Positions 46,253-56,779 of a DNA stretch of 64,000 nt are shown one piece after another (positions within the stretch are counted from its first letter, which is position 1; each line of letters starts with the position of its first letter). This stretch comes from a virus, in IMG/VR virus record IMGVR_UViG_3300005805_000050, positions 32,001-96,000 of that record. One strand, 5' to 3'. A program made the position numbers and the translations under genes. The notes beneath the pieces are model-generated. The model was not told where the DNA came from and did not search any database. It saw only the letters and a list, made by a program, of their open reading frames with translations.

Positions 46253-47701
46253 ATGGAAGTTACGAAAGAGGGTTACATTCCTAGAGATAGTCGAAAGAAA
46301 ATACTACTAATGTGCGACGATATACGAATGCACTCGGGTATTGCTACAATGGCAAGGGAAATCGTGATGGGAACCTGTCACACGTATAATTGGGTAAATT
46401 TGGGGGCAGCGCTACAACATCCTGATCTAGGAAAAAGATTAGATCTATCTGAAGATACAGGTAGACACGCTGGAATCCCTGACGCGAGTGTCTACGTTTA
46501 TCCTATAAACGGATACGGAACAGTAGAACTAGTTAGGCAATTGATGGTAGATGAGAAGCCAGATGCTATCATGATATTCACCGATCCACGTTATTGGGTG
46601 TGGTTCTTTCAAATGGAGAACGAAGTTAGAAAACACATACCTGTGTTTTATTTGTCTATATGGGATGATTATCCTGCACCCAATTATAACAAAGCCTATT
46701 ACGAATCTTGTGATTTGCTAATGTCAATATCCAAACAGACACAAAACATACATAAGTTAGTTTTAGGAGAAAAAGCCAAGGATAAAATAATCACATACGT
46801 ACCTCACGGAATAAACGAAAATCAGTTTTATCCAATAGTACAAAGAGACATAAAAGAGCAAGAGGCCTTCGAAGAATTTAAGAAGAACGTATTCGGAGAA
46901 GCGTCACCAGAATTTGTAGTATTCTATAATTCAAGGAACATTCGTAGAAAGTGCACATCAGACCTCATATTTGCCTATTCTGTATTTTGCGATAAGATAG
47001 GAAAAGAGCGCGCGAAACAGTGTGCCTTATTATTACATACCGCTAGAATGGACGAAAACGGTACAAACCTACAGGCGGTAGTTGACTTAGTGTGTGATCC
47101 CGAATATCAAAAGGTTTACTTCTCAGAAAACCCCATATCAACAAGTATAATGAACATGCTATATAACATGTCGGATGTAACGGCGTTGATATCCTCTAAC
47201 GAGGGGTGGGGACTTTCACTAACAGAGTCTATGATGGCGGGAACTATGATATTAGGAAACGTCACTGGTGGAATGCAAGACCAAATGAGATTTGAGGATG
47301 AGAATGGCAAGTGGATAGATTTCGATGAGAACTTCCCCTCTAATCATACAGGAAAATATAAGAAGTGTGGAGAATGGGCAATACCCGTGTTTCCATCTAA
47401 TATAAGCGTTTTGGGATCCATACCAACTCCGTACATATATGATGATAGATGCGATTTTAGAGAAGTCGCCAGTGCGATTGAGCATGTATATAATATGCCT
47501 AAACAAGAAAGAATCCGACGCGGATTATCAGGTCGAGATTGGGTTCTATCTAACGAATCTATGATGAGCGCGAAGAGCATGTGTAAGAATGTCATTGATT
47601 CCATTGAGTCGTGCTTCGATAATTTCAAACCCAAATCATTCGAATTGATAAAGATAGAAAAATTGCCGAGAAAAAAGATTACTCACAAACTACTATACTA
47701 A
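46253..47701 (+). CDS. GT-B glycosyltransferase (GT4-like)
   Basis: HSGIATMARE, YVPHGIN, YNSRNIRRK and SSNEGWGLSLTESMMAG. Confidence 0.88.
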   Translation: MEVTKEGYIPRDSRKKILLMCDDIRMHSGIATMAREIVMGTCHTYNWVNLGAALQHPDLGKRLDLSEDTGRHAGIPDASVYVYPINGYGTVELVRQLMVDEKPDAIMIFTDPRYWVWFFQMENEVRKHIPVFYLSIWDDYPAPNYNKAYYESCDLLMSISKQTQNIHKLVLGEKAKDKIITYVPHGINENQFYPIVQRDIKEQEAFEEFKKNVFGEASPEFVVFYNSRNIRRKCTSDLIFAYSVFCDKIGKERAKQCALLLHTARMDENGTNLQAVVDLVCDPEYQKVYFSENPISTSIMNMLYNMSDVTALISSNEGWGLSLTESMMAGTMILGNVTGGMQDQMRFEDENGKWIDFDENFPSNHTGKYKKCGEWAIPVFPSNISVLGSIPTPYIYDDRCDFREVASAIEHVYNMPKQERIRRGLSGRDWVLSNESMMSAKSMCKNVIDSIESCFDNFKPKSFELIKIEKLPRKKITHKLLY

Positions 47702-47704
47702 GTT

Positions 47705-49000
47705 ATGAATAAACCATATTGCGTGATATCGTGTCCAATAGATACTTACTCTGGATACGGAAGTCGGAGTAGAGATTTTGTGAAAGCCATTTATGAGCTG
47801 ATGAATCAAGAGTGGGAGATCAATGTCTTGCCCCAAAGGTGGGGAAACACCACTTGGAATTTCATAGAGAATGAGAAAGAAACTTGGGGATTTCTAAAGA
47901 GCATGATCATAAAGGGAAATCTAACTCGCCAACCGGATTACTGGTTCCAGATTACGGTTCCTAATGAGTTTCAACCGATAGGAAAACTATTTAGTGTTGG
48001 TGTAACAGCAGGTATAGAAACTACAATATGTCATCCATCTTGGTTAGACGGAATAAATAAGATGCCACTGACGTTAGTGTCCTCTAATCACGCAAAGCAT
48101 GTATTTGTTAATTCTAGATTTGAAGAGAAGGATCAGAATAATCCTGAAGTTGTTAAGAGAAGAATTGTGTGCGAGAAACCTGTAGAAGTGTTGTTCGAAG
48201 GCGTTGATACAACTAAATACTATCACATAGAGCCAGCCAAACTTCCAGAAACAGAATTAGTGCATCGGCTAAATGACATAGAGGAGAGTTTTAACTATTT
48301 ATTTGTGGGACATTGGTTACCAGGAGAAGTTGGACAAGACAGGAAAAACGTTTCTGGTATGATCAAACTTTTCTTAGAGACCTTTAAGGACCAAAAGAAG
48401 AAACCCGGTTTGGTCATAAAGACTACTCGTGTTACAAATAGCGTGTTGGATAGAGACGATATACTGCAAAGCATAGACACGATACGAAACACAGTAGATT
48501 CTAAGGATCTCCCCAACATTTACCTCTTACATGGAGACATGAGCGATTCAGAAATGAATGTGTTGTACAATCACCCCAAAATAAAAGCTATGCTATACTT
48601 GGGAAAAGGAGAGGGATACGGAAGACCACTTCTAGAATTTAGCATATCAAAGAAACCCATAATAGCAAGCGGTTGGTCAGGGCATCTAGATTTCCTAAAA
48701 CAAGAATTTAACTGTTTGGTACCAGGTAAATTAGAACCCGTACACCCCAGCGCTCTAGTCAACAACATCATCATAAAAGAATCGGCGTGGTTCACACCAG
48801 ATGAAACTTCGGCCAAAGCTTTGATGGAAGTTGTATTCGATAAGTACGATAGGTATTTGGAGAATTCCAAGAGACAAGCTTATAGAAGTAAGACAGAATT
48901 TTCTTACGAAGCTATGAAAACCAGTCTAAAGTCTATAATAGACAAATTTCCAAAGTCCATACCTCTACAATTACCAAAGTTGAAAAAGATAGGATCATGA
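47705..49000 (+). CDS. GT-B glycosyltransferase (GT4-like)
   Basis: YSGYGSRSRD, RKNVSG and KGEGYGRPLLEF..SKKPIIASGWSGH.DF. Confidence 0.85.
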   Translation: MNKPYCVISCPIDTYSGYGSRSRDFVKAIYELMNQEWEINVLPQRWGNTTWNFIENEKETWGFLKSMIIKGNLTRQPDYWFQITVPNEFQPIGKLFSVGVTAGIETTICHPSWLDGINKMPLTLVSSNHAKHVFVNSRFEEKDQNNPEVVKRRIVCEKPVEVLFEGVDTTKYYHIEPAKLPETELVHRLNDIEESFNYLFVGHWLPGEVGQDRKNVSGMIKLFLETFKDQKKKPGLVIKTTRVTNSVLDRDDILQSIDTIRNTVDSKDLPNIYLLHGDMSDSEMNVLYNHPKIKAMLYLGKGEGYGRPLLEFSISKKPIIASGWSGHLDFLKQEFNCLVPGKLEPVHPSALVNNIIIKESAWFTPDETSAKALMEVVFDKYDRYLENSKRQAYRSKTEFSYEAMKTSLKSIIDKFPKSIPLQLPKLKKIGS

Positions 49001-49221
49001 TAGATAAGATAAAAGAGATCGTAACAGCTTACGCGTCAGCCATAAATCCTACAGAAGAACAAAAAAAGGTGGCAGAAGAACGACTGAAAATATGCATGAC
49101 TTGCGAAAATTGGGAAGATTCTCCAATTGCTAGATGCAAGCTGTGCGGATGTTTAACAAAGGGAAAGGTATTCTCTCCTAACGGACCCGATGCCTGTCCC
49201 GCAAAAAAATGGACAGTATGA
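48997..49221 (+). CDS. Small Cys-rich protein
   Basis: CMTC, CKLCGC and CPAKKW. Confidence 0.7.
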   Translation: MIDKIKEIVTAYASAINPTEEQKKVAEERLKICMTCENWEDSPIARCKLCGCLTKGKVFSPNGPDACPAKKWTV

Positions 49222-49445
49222 ATAAAGACACATTTCAAACTTGGTTACTTGGATTTGTTACTGCATGCGGAGAAAATCCGCCAAATAAAGAGCAGTGGAA
49301 TACTCTATTAGAGGCCGTAAAATCACTTCATAAGCAAGACGCAAAGGTGTATCCCCCAAAGTGGACATACACCGCTGATTTCAACATCAATAAATCTCAA
49401 GACGGTAAAGATTTTGAAGTAAAAAAAGATTTGCTGCATGACTAA
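49218..49445 (+). CDS. Hypothetical protein (start placed at the ATGA overlap)
   Basis: Translational coupling with both neighbours. Confidence 0.55.
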   Translation: MNKDTFQTWLLGFVTACGENPPNKEQWNTLLEAVKSLHKQDAKVYPPKWTYTADFNINKSQDGKDFEVKKDLLHD

Positions 49446-49884
49446 AGACAATCTCATAGACTGCCCCCTGTGTTCAGAACCTGGAGCGTGTTATGCCTCT
49501 ATTATAAACGAAGCTAACAAGATGTCCTATTTTTGTTTTGGATGTGGTTACCACAGTAATGATCTTATGATCAGCGGAGAATTTGATACAGACGATTACG
49601 AAAAGCAACTACCAGAATTGTACAAAGACATTAAGCGTGTTGATAACGATAATCGTGTGTGGTATCCTACGGCTATAAATCTGCAGGAAAAGGGCACAGT
49701 CTTTGCAAATGGAAAAAATCCAGACGAGTGGCAATGGGCTGCTATAAAAAATATACCCCTTTCAGAGGAAGACAAAGAAAAATTGATCTTTAAGGGAAAG
49801 ACTCATAAGTCTGACTCTAAGTCTCTAAAGAATTTTGGAAAGGATTTCCTATCAGCACTAGAATACATTGAAGTAGAGATTTGA
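49438..49884 (+). CDS. Zinc-finger hypothetical protein
   Basis: CPLC...CFGC. Confidence 0.7.
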   Translation: MTKDNLIDCPLCSEPGACYASIINEANKMSYFCFGCGYHSNDLMISGEFDTDDYEKQLPELYKDIKRVDNDNRVWYPTAINLQEKGTVFANGKNPDEWQWAAIKNIPLSEEDKEKLIFKGKTHKSDSKSLKNFGKDFLSALEYIEVEI

Positions 49885-49885
49885 T

Positions 49886-50509
49886 ATGAATGTAAGTTAT
49901 GCTATAACGGTTTGTAATGAGCTTGAAGAAATTCAAAAGCTATTACCTCTGTTGATAAATCACAAGAAAATTAACGACGAAATCGTAATGCTATATGATG
50001 AAAAGAATGGATCTCAAAAAGTACTGGAATATTTGTTGCCATATAACATACGACCAAATGTCCAAGTATGGAGAAATTTTTTCGATCACAATTTTGCAGC
50101 TGCTAAAAATAAACTGAACGCGTATTGCAAAAATCCTTGGATATTTCAATTGGACGCAGATGAGACCATATCAGAGGCTCTAATACAAAACATCGGCGAT
50201 ATATTGGAATCAAACGCTGATGTGGATATGATAAAAGTTCCACGAATTAACATTGTTAACGGCATCACGGAAGAGCATATCAAAGTCTGGAACTGGAGAG
50301 TGAACGATAAGGGATGGATAAATTTCCCAGATTATCAGAGCCGGATATACAAGAATTCTGTAAACATTCGTTGGGAAGGAAAGGTTCACGAAAGAATAGT
50401 AGGCGCCACTCGACTATCAGAGTTTCCTCTTGATGAAGAATATTGTATATTACATGTAAAGGACATAAAGAGGCAAGAGCGTCAAAATAATTACTATACC
50501 ACGTTATGA
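49886..50509 (+). CDS. GT2 family glycosyltransferase
   Basis: YAITVCNE, WIFQLDADE, FPDYQ.RIYKN and WEGKVHERI. Confidence 0.9.
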   Translation: MNVSYAITVCNELEEIQKLLPLLINHKKINDEIVMLYDEKNGSQKVLEYLLPYNIRPNVQVWRNFFDHNFAAAKNKLNAYCKNPWIFQLDADETISEALIQNIGDILESNADVDMIKVPRINIVNGITEEHIKVWNWRVNDKGWINFPDYQSRIYKNSVNIRWEGKVHERIVGATRLSEFPLDEEYCILHVKDIKRQERQNNYYTTL

Positions 50510-51822
50510 AAGAAATACTAGAACAAGTAGAAAAGTACATACAAGAAAAACATAAACAAAAAACTTGGGAAGCTGGCAAAGATTGGGTTCAGTATGCTGG
50601 ACCCTACTTTGATTCCCAAGAATACGTTGCGGCTGTGAAGAGCTTGCTCAACGAGTGGCTAGTGCTTGGTAACGACGCCATTAAATTTGAGCGCTCATTC
50701 CCAAAATTGTTTGGCAAAAAACTTGGACTGCTGACCAACTCAGGATCCAGCGCCAACCTTCTCATGATGTTGACGATGACATCTAAGAGAGGGTATAACT
50801 TTCCCAAGGGCACAAAAGTCATCACGCCTATCGCGGGTTTTCCCACTACCATAAATCCCATACTACAACTGGGATTCAAACCTGTTTTTGTAGACATCGA
50901 GATGGACACGCTGAACCTCGACCTCAATGGGGTTGAGAAGGCTTGCGAACAGAATCCCGACGCAAAGATCATCACGTTCGCTCACGTGTTGGGTAATCCT
51001 CCCGACATGGATCGCCTAATGCAAATAGTTGAGAAGTACAAGCTGATCCTTTTGGAGGACTGCTGCGACGCTCTCGGTTCGACTTACAAAGGTAAACCTC
51101 TCGGTTCCTTCGGAGAACTCGCAAGCTGTTCGTTCTATCCTGCCCACCACATCACGATGGGAGAGGGAGGTTTCGTAGCATGTAACACACTCGAGAATGA
51201 GCGCATCATCCGCAGCTTCAGAGAATGGGGCCGCGGATGCTGGTGCGTGGGTAAAGCAAACCTATTGGAGAACGGAACTTGCGGATGCAGATTCAGCAAT
51301 TGGTTACCTTCTTTGCCAGACGATACATTTGATCACAAGTATACATACTCAGAGATCGGATACAACCTCAAGCCTATAGAGCTGCAGGCTTCTATGGGCC
51401 TTGTGCAGATGACCAAGCTTGAAGCTATCGGAGTCAAGCGCAGAGAGAACTACAAGAACCTGTTCAAGGCATTCGTGAAATATCAAGACTTATTTCATCT
51501 ACACCCCGCGCAACCGGGTTCCGATCCAGATTGGTTCGCCTTTCCAGTGACTGTAAAAGATTCCGCTCCGTTCAAGCGTTCGGACATCTGCCAATACTTC
51601 GAAGCCAATCGCATACAGACCAGACCGTACTTCGCTGGCAACATCATGCTGCAGCCCGCTTACGAAGGCTTGATGGATCCTAAGGAAGTTATAGAGAAGT
51701 ATCCCGTGGCAAGAAAGGTGACTACAGATACGTTCTTCTTGGGAACTTCACCGGTCATAGACAAACAGAAGACAGATTACATTAGTGAAGTACTAGATAG
51801 ATTCATAAAAGAAAATATGTAA
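50506..51822 (+). CDS. rfbH: NDP-4-keto-6-deoxyglucose 3-dehydrase (RfbH/AscC E1 type)
   Basis: NSGSSANL, FPTT.NP, LEDCCDALG, SFYPAHH (His in place of the aminotransferase Lys) and Cys-rich GRGCWC...TCGCRF. Confidence 0.9.
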   Translation: MKEILEQVEKYIQEKHKQKTWEAGKDWVQYAGPYFDSQEYVAAVKSLLNEWLVLGNDAIKFERSFPKLFGKKLGLLTNSGSSANLLMMLTMTSKRGYNFPKGTKVITPIAGFPTTINPILQLGFKPVFVDIEMDTLNLDLNGVEKACEQNPDAKIITFAHVLGNPPDMDRLMQIVEKYKLILLEDCCDALGSTYKGKPLGSFGELASCSFYPAHHITMGEGGFVACNTLENERIIRSFREWGRGCWCVGKANLLENGTCGCRFSNWLPSLPDDTFDHKYTYSEIGYNLKPIELQASMGLVQMTKLEAIGVKRRENYKNLFKAFVKYQDLFHLHPAQPGSDPDWFAFPVTVKDSAPFKRSDICQYFEANRIQTRPYFAGNIMLQPAYEGLMDPKEVIEKYPVARKVTTDTFFLGTSPVIDKQKTDYISEVLDRFIKENM

Positions 51823-51824
51823 TC

Positions 51825-52673
51825 GTGGCGTATGTAACGAGTAATATATTAGGAGTCGATCATACAGCGGGAATAGGGTCTCAATTGTATCACTATGCGT
51901 GTTTGTATGGCATATCTAAAGATACAGGAAAAGGCATAGCTCTACCTACAGAAGTAATAGATCATGCAAATGTAGGAATCACAGTTGATAAGATTATAGA
52001 CATAGACATAACACATCTATCCAAGTCAGAGATAGCTAGCTTTACAAAAATACAGTGTAATCCAATCAGCCTTGAATTTGAAACTGCGTGTAGTGATACT
52101 AGTGATACTAATTACAATTTTGTAGGATCCTTTTATAACTACCGTCATTTCTCTCCAAAATATGACTTCGACATTAGATCCATCAAATGGAACAAAGAGT
52201 TGTATCAAACAGCTCTGAATAAGTATAATATGTATAAAGACACCAGAGAAACTGTCGCTGTACATGTAAGATTGGGGGATTACGTATCCCACAAATCCTA
52301 TTGTCACTATGAAAATACAGACTATTACGAAAAGGCGGTAAGCACGCACTTCTCAGATCAAGACAGGTTTAACTTACTTGTATTCTCAAACGAAATAAAT
52401 ACGTGTAAACAAAAATATGCTTCTAGAAAAAACATGGTGTTCGTAGATTGCGAGGGAGATGATGCAGTAGATCTAATAGTAATGAGTATGTGTGATCATC
52501 AAATAATAGCAAATAGTACATACAGTTGGTGGTCTGCCTACAAAAATGGAAATCCTGATAAAGTGGTGGTATGTCCCAGAAATTTTCTCAGTCCATATCA
52601 CAATTTACATGTTTATCTAAATGATAAGTACTATTTGAAAGATTGGAAAGTAATAGACGCTGAATGTGTATGA
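51825..52673 (+). CDS. GT11 family alpha-1,2-fucosyltransferase-like
   Basis: GIGSQL, VAVHVRLGDY, VFSNE and MSMCDHQIIANSTYSWW. Confidence 0.88.
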   Translation: MAYVTSNILGVDHTAGIGSQLYHYACLYGISKDTGKGIALPTEVIDHANVGITVDKIIDIDITHLSKSEIASFTKIQCNPISLEFETACSDTSDTNYNFVGSFYNYRHFSPKYDFDIRSIKWNKELYQTALNKYNMYKDTRETVAVHVRLGDYVSHKSYCHYENTDYYEKAVSTHFSDQDRFNLLVFSNEINTCKQKYASRKNMVFVDCEGDDAVDLIVMSMCDHQIIANSTYSWWSAYKNGNPDKVVVCPRNFLSPYHNLHVYLNDKYYLKDWKVIDAECV

Positions 52674-54310
52674 AGAACGATTTGGAATTTATCATATTGA
52701 TAGCGAGCTATAACAATGAGCCATGGATAGAATACAATCTAGCTAGTGTACTCAATCAGACCTATACTAAGTATCAAGTGTATTACATAGATGATGCATC
52801 TATTGATAATACATATGAAATTGCCAAGAGCATTGTAGGCGATGATAGTAGATTTCATATGATCAAGAATGATCATAATATGGGAGGTACATATAATCAC
52901 ATTAGATACTTTGATTTAATAGAAGACGAACAAGTGTGCGTGCTCCTCGATGGGGACGATTGGTTCTTTGATGATAGTGTTTTAGAAAAGCTAAATCAGT
53001 ATTATAAGGACAAAGATTACTGGATGACCTATGGAAAATTTTACGCATACGATGGCAACTCCGCGGTATTGGGCGCTCCTCAAAACACAGAATATCCTGG
53101 ATTTGTACATGATCATAAGCTATACAGAATGGATCTGTGGAGAGCATCCCATTTGAGAACTTACAAAGGAAAATTATTGAAGGCAATCGACAAGAAAGAT
53201 TTCGTATCTATTCACGATAACAAGTTGTTTTGGCACGCTGGAGATTTGATGTTAGCATTTCCCTGTTTGGAGATGTGTCCAAAAGATAAGATAGGCGTAG
53301 TAGATTTTCCCGCTTACGTTTACAACACATCAAATCAAAATGCAAAAAGAACACAAGAAAGAGAATCCTCAGATAACCAAAAATACGAAACAGAGATTCG
53401 CAATAAGAAGAAGTATACAGAGGGATTATCAGGAAAAAAGAAGCCTCAAGTAAACGTTATAGGATATTTCCAGGAAACCAACTACATACCTAAGAATTTT
53501 TCTTTCGTGTACGGATTAGATAGAGGGGAGTTTGACGTAACTATAATAAATGACGCTGAGTTGTTGCCGTATTTGCTTGGACAAAAATCTTTTCCTAAGG
53601 GTAAGATAGTCGCTGATCTTCATGAAACTCGTCAATACAACGAATCGCAAAACAGAATATATGATTTGGTATATGATAATCACAACCTATTCGATCTCAT
53701 AATAACTCATGACGAAAAGCTATTGTCGTTACCTAATGCAGAACTTAGATTGTGCATGTGGAGATGTTTGAACAAAAACATACACACGAGAGAGTGGCCC
53801 ACACTCGCAGATAATTCCTTGTACGCACTATACGATAAGACAAAGAAAGTGTCCTGTGTATCGTCAAATAAGTCCTTCCTCCCAGGCCACAAAAAAAGAT
53901 TAGAATTCGTAAATCACATCATCAATAGAGGCGGAGTTGATGTGTTTGGAATGGGGATAAATCCCATCGTAGGAAAAATTGATGCGTTAAGAGACTACAG
54001 ATTTTCGGTAGCTATAGAGAATACTTTGGGTAATAACGAATGCACCGAAAAACTAAGTGATTGTTTCTTGACGGGCACTGTACCTATATATTACGGATGT
54101 CCTAATGTTGGAAATTACTTTGACACATCAGCAATACTATCATTTAACACTATAGAAGAACTCAACGAAATTCTAAATCGGATAGATACGGAAGGAGATA
54201 AGATGTATAGGGACATGTATAACGGCGTTAAGAACAATTTCAACCTTGTAGACATGTACTCGATAAACTCTGATCAATGGTTTGAAAAATACATAGCAAA
54301 AATTCTATAA
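52670..54310 (+). CDS. Bifunctional glycosyltransferase: GT2 + GT10-like domain (start placed at the ATGA overlap)
   Basis: N-terminal IASYNN, IDDASID and LLDGDDW; C-terminal YRFSVAIEN..TEKLSDCFLTGTVPIYYG. Confidence 0.8.
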   Translation: MKNDLEFIILIASYNNEPWIEYNLASVLNQTYTKYQVYYIDDASIDNTYEIAKSIVGDDSRFHMIKNDHNMGGTYNHIRYFDLIEDEQVCVLLDGDDWFFDDSVLEKLNQYYKDKDYWMTYGKFYAYDGNSAVLGAPQNTEYPGFVHDHKLYRMDLWRASHLRTYKGKLLKAIDKKDFVSIHDNKLFWHAGDLMLAFPCLEMCPKDKIGVVDFPAYVYNTSNQNAKRTQERESSDNQKYETEIRNKKKYTEGLSGKKKPQVNVIGYFQETNYIPKNFSFVYGLDRGEFDVTIINDAELLPYLLGQKSFPKGKIVADLHETRQYNESQNRIYDLVYDNHNLFDLIITHDEKLLSLPNAELRLCMWRCLNKNIHTREWPTLADNSLYALYDKTKKVSCVSSNKSFLPGHKKRLEFVNHIINRGGVDVFGMGINPIVGKIDALRDYRFSVAIENTLGNNECTEKLSDCFLTGTVPIYYGCPNVGNYFDTSAILSFNTIEELNEILNRIDTEGDKMYRDMYNGVKNNFNLVDMYSINSDQWFEKYIAKIL

Positions 54311-54311
54311 C

Positions 54312-54728
54312 ATGGAAAAAATCTACAGCAAAATACAACCAGAAAAATTACTGCACGTCATAGTCAGAAAAACAGATCTAGTTCCAGGTAGGACCGATGT
54401 AGTATCAGAGGACAATTTCATACAGTGCGCCATATTGAACATGTCGAATGGCAAAACTTTCCGACCGCATAAGCACATATGGAAAGAAAGAACAAGAAAT
54501 GTTATTGCACAAGAAAGTTGGATAGTAATACAGGGAAGAGTAAAGTGTATATTCTATGACATAGATGATAAAGTGATAAGCACGCCAACACTATTTCCTG
54601 GAGATGCATCATTTACTTTAGAGGGAGCACACACATACGAGATACTTGAGGATGAAACTCTTGTGTACGAGTATAAGACAGGTCCCTACGAAGGTCAAGC
54701 TTTGGATAAAGTATTTTTAGATGAGTGA
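54312..54728 (+). CDS. WbuC-like cupin
   Basis: PHKH, ESWIVIQG and GAHTYE..EYKTGPY. Confidence 0.75.
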   Translation: MEKIYSKIQPEKLLHVIVRKTDLVPGRTDVVSEDNFIQCAILNMSNGKTFRPHKHIWKERTRNVIAQESWIVIQGRVKCIFYDIDDKVISTPTLFPGDASFTLEGAHTYEILEDETLVYEYKTGPYEGQALDKVFLDE

Positions 54729-55227
54729 TTTTTACATACATAAAGACGTAGAATTCAAAATAGATCCCATTATTGGGAATCACGTTGCAATTGATAAGGG
54801 CGTGTATGTCACTGTCAATTGTAAGATAGGTGATTATGTTCACATATCTCCATATGTTACAATAATCGGCGGAAAAACTGCCTACTTCGAATGTAAAGGA
54901 TTCAATAACATAATGGCTGGAGCCAGAATAATTTGTGGATCTGATAGATTCGATGGCAGCGGATTATTTGGTGCAATGATTCCACAACACCTAAAGGGCA
55001 AGCAAATAATAGAGCCAGTTGTAATGGAGAAATTCTCTAATGTAGGAACAAATGCCATAGTAATGCCTGGTTCTGTACTTAGAACGGGAGTTTTATTGGC
55101 CGCTGGTAGCTTGCTTATAGGAGATACAGAAGAGTGGGGAGTTTATAAAGGAAATCCTGCTAAGTTAGTTAAAAAAATATCTGAGGACAAGATACTCGAA
55201 AACGCAAAACTTCTATATGAACTTTAA
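54721..55227 (+). CDS. Hexapeptide-repeat acyltransferase
   Basis: IGNHVAID, IGDYVHISP, VGTNAIVMPG and GNPAKLVK. Confidence 0.88.
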   Translation: MSDFYIHKDVEFKIDPIIGNHVAIDKGVYVTVNCKIGDYVHISPYVTIIGGKTAYFECKGFNNIMAGARIICGSDRFDGSGLFGAMIPQHLKGKQIIEPVVMEKFSNVGTNAIVMPGSVLRTGVLLAAGSLLIGDTEEWGVYKGNPAKLVKKISEDKILENAKLLYEL

Positions 55228-55807
55228 CACAGTCACAGTATTTGAAAATGAGATCGCAAAATTCTTTGGATCTAAATACGCCATAGCCACAGATAGTTGT
55301 ACTCACGGTATAGAACTGTGTTTACGATACACTAAAGCCGAGAGCATAGTGTGTCCAAAGAGAACTTATCTATCTGTGCCGTTTCTATCTCATAAGTTAG
55401 GAATAACACTAGCATGGAAAGATCAAGATTGGATGAACTACTATTACGTTACTCCTAGTGTCATCGACGCGGCTGTCTTATGGAAAAAAGACAGTTACTT
55501 ACCTAACACGTATATGTGTATAAGTTTTCAATACCAAAAACACCTATCATTAGGCCGAGGAGGTATCATATTAACTGATAATGAAGAAGCAGCAATTCAA
55601 TTGAAAAAGATGTCATACGATGGTAGAATACCAAATATTCCGTGGAGAGATCAAAACATTGACACGGTTGGATACCACTACTACATGACACCAGAAACGG
55701 CTCAATTGGGATTAGACAAATTACAAGCTGCAATAAATACTAAGCCAAAACAGTGGGTACCCACCGACTGGCCTGATTTAACAACCATGACTATATTTAA
55801 GCAATGA
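55217..55807 (+). CDS. Compact DegT/DnrJ-family PLP aminotransferase (196 aa)
   Basis: ATDSCTHG, IDAA, SFQYQKHL.LGRGG.ILTD and GYHYYM. Confidence 0.75.
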   Translation: MNFNTVTVFENEIAKFFGSKYAIATDSCTHGIELCLRYTKAESIVCPKRTYLSVPFLSHKLGITLAWKDQDWMNYYYVTPSVIDAAVLWKKDSYLPNTYMCISFQYQKHLSLGRGGIILTDNEEAAIQLKKMSYDGRIPNIPWRDQNIDTVGYHYYMTPETAQLGLDKLQAAINTKPKQWVPTDWPDLTTMTIFKQ

Positions 55808-56775
55808 AAAAAGCCTTCATCACAGGAATAGCTGGCCAAGATGGCAGTTATTTAACAGAGTACTTATTGAATTTGGGATATGAAGTCTATGGCATCGTGA
55901 GAAGAAACTCAGTGCCGGAAAATCAACAGACTCGATTAGAGAGCGTGCGCGACAGAGTAAAAATCCACTATGGAGATCTCAGCGACCAATCCAGCATAGA
56001 ACATTTATTGGACAAGGTTCAACCTGACGAAATATACAACATAGCCGCTCAAAGCCACGTGCGAATAAGCTTCGATGTGCCTCAGTACACGGCACAAATA
56101 AATGCGTTAGGCGTATTGAATGTATTAGAGGCGTATAGAAGATCGTGTCCCTCTGCAAGATTTTACCAAGCAAGCAGTTCAGAAATGTTTGGATCTGCAT
56201 GTGATTTAGACGGATACCAAAGAGAGACCACGCCTATGAATCCCGTATCGCCTTACGGTTGTTCAAAGGTGTTCGGTTACAATATAGTTAGAAACTATCG
56301 CAATGCGTATAAGCTTCATGCGTCCAACGGTATACTGTTTAACCATGAATCACCCCGTAGGGGATCTAACTTCGTTACGAATAAGGTCGTAAAAACTGCA
56401 GTGATGATAAGTCTTGGGTTAACTGATAAATTGGAGTTGGGTAATCTGGACTCATATAGAGATTGGGGACACAGCAAAGACTATGTACGAGCAATGCACT
56501 TAATCATACAACAAGACGCGCCTGGCGATTATGTGGTAGCAACAGGAGAAACCAGATCGGTTAGAGATATGTGTAAGTATGTATTCTCAAAATTGGGTAT
56601 GGATTACGAAAAGTATGTGGTGCAAAATCCCAGTTTTTTAAGGCCCGAAGAATTACCATACTTGAAAGGAGATTCGCAAAAGATAAGAACCACCCTCGGT
56701 TGGAAACCTGAGTATACCTTCGAAGCAATGATGGACGAAATGATAGAGTATTGGAAATCTGTGTATAGCAAATAA
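55804..56775 (+). CDS. gmd: GDP-mannose 4,6-dehydratase
   Basis: ITGIAGQDGSYL, AAQSHV, QASSSEMFG, PVSPYGCSK, LFNHESPRRG..FVT.K and RDWGH. Confidence 0.96.
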   Translation: MKKAFITGIAGQDGSYLTEYLLNLGYEVYGIVRRNSVPENQQTRLESVRDRVKIHYGDLSDQSSIEHLLDKVQPDEIYNIAAQSHVRISFDVPQYTAQINALGVLNVLEAYRRSCPSARFYQASSSEMFGSACDLDGYQRETTPMNPVSPYGCSKVFGYNIVRNYRNAYKLHASNGILFNHESPRRGSNFVTNKVVKTAVMISLGLTDKLELGNLDSYRDWGHSKDYVRAMHLIIQQDAPGDYVVATGETRSVRDMCKYVFSKLGMDYEKYVVQNPSFLRPEELPYLKGDSQKIRTTLGWKPEYTFEAMMDEMIEYWKSVYSK

Positions 56776-56779
56776 ACGT

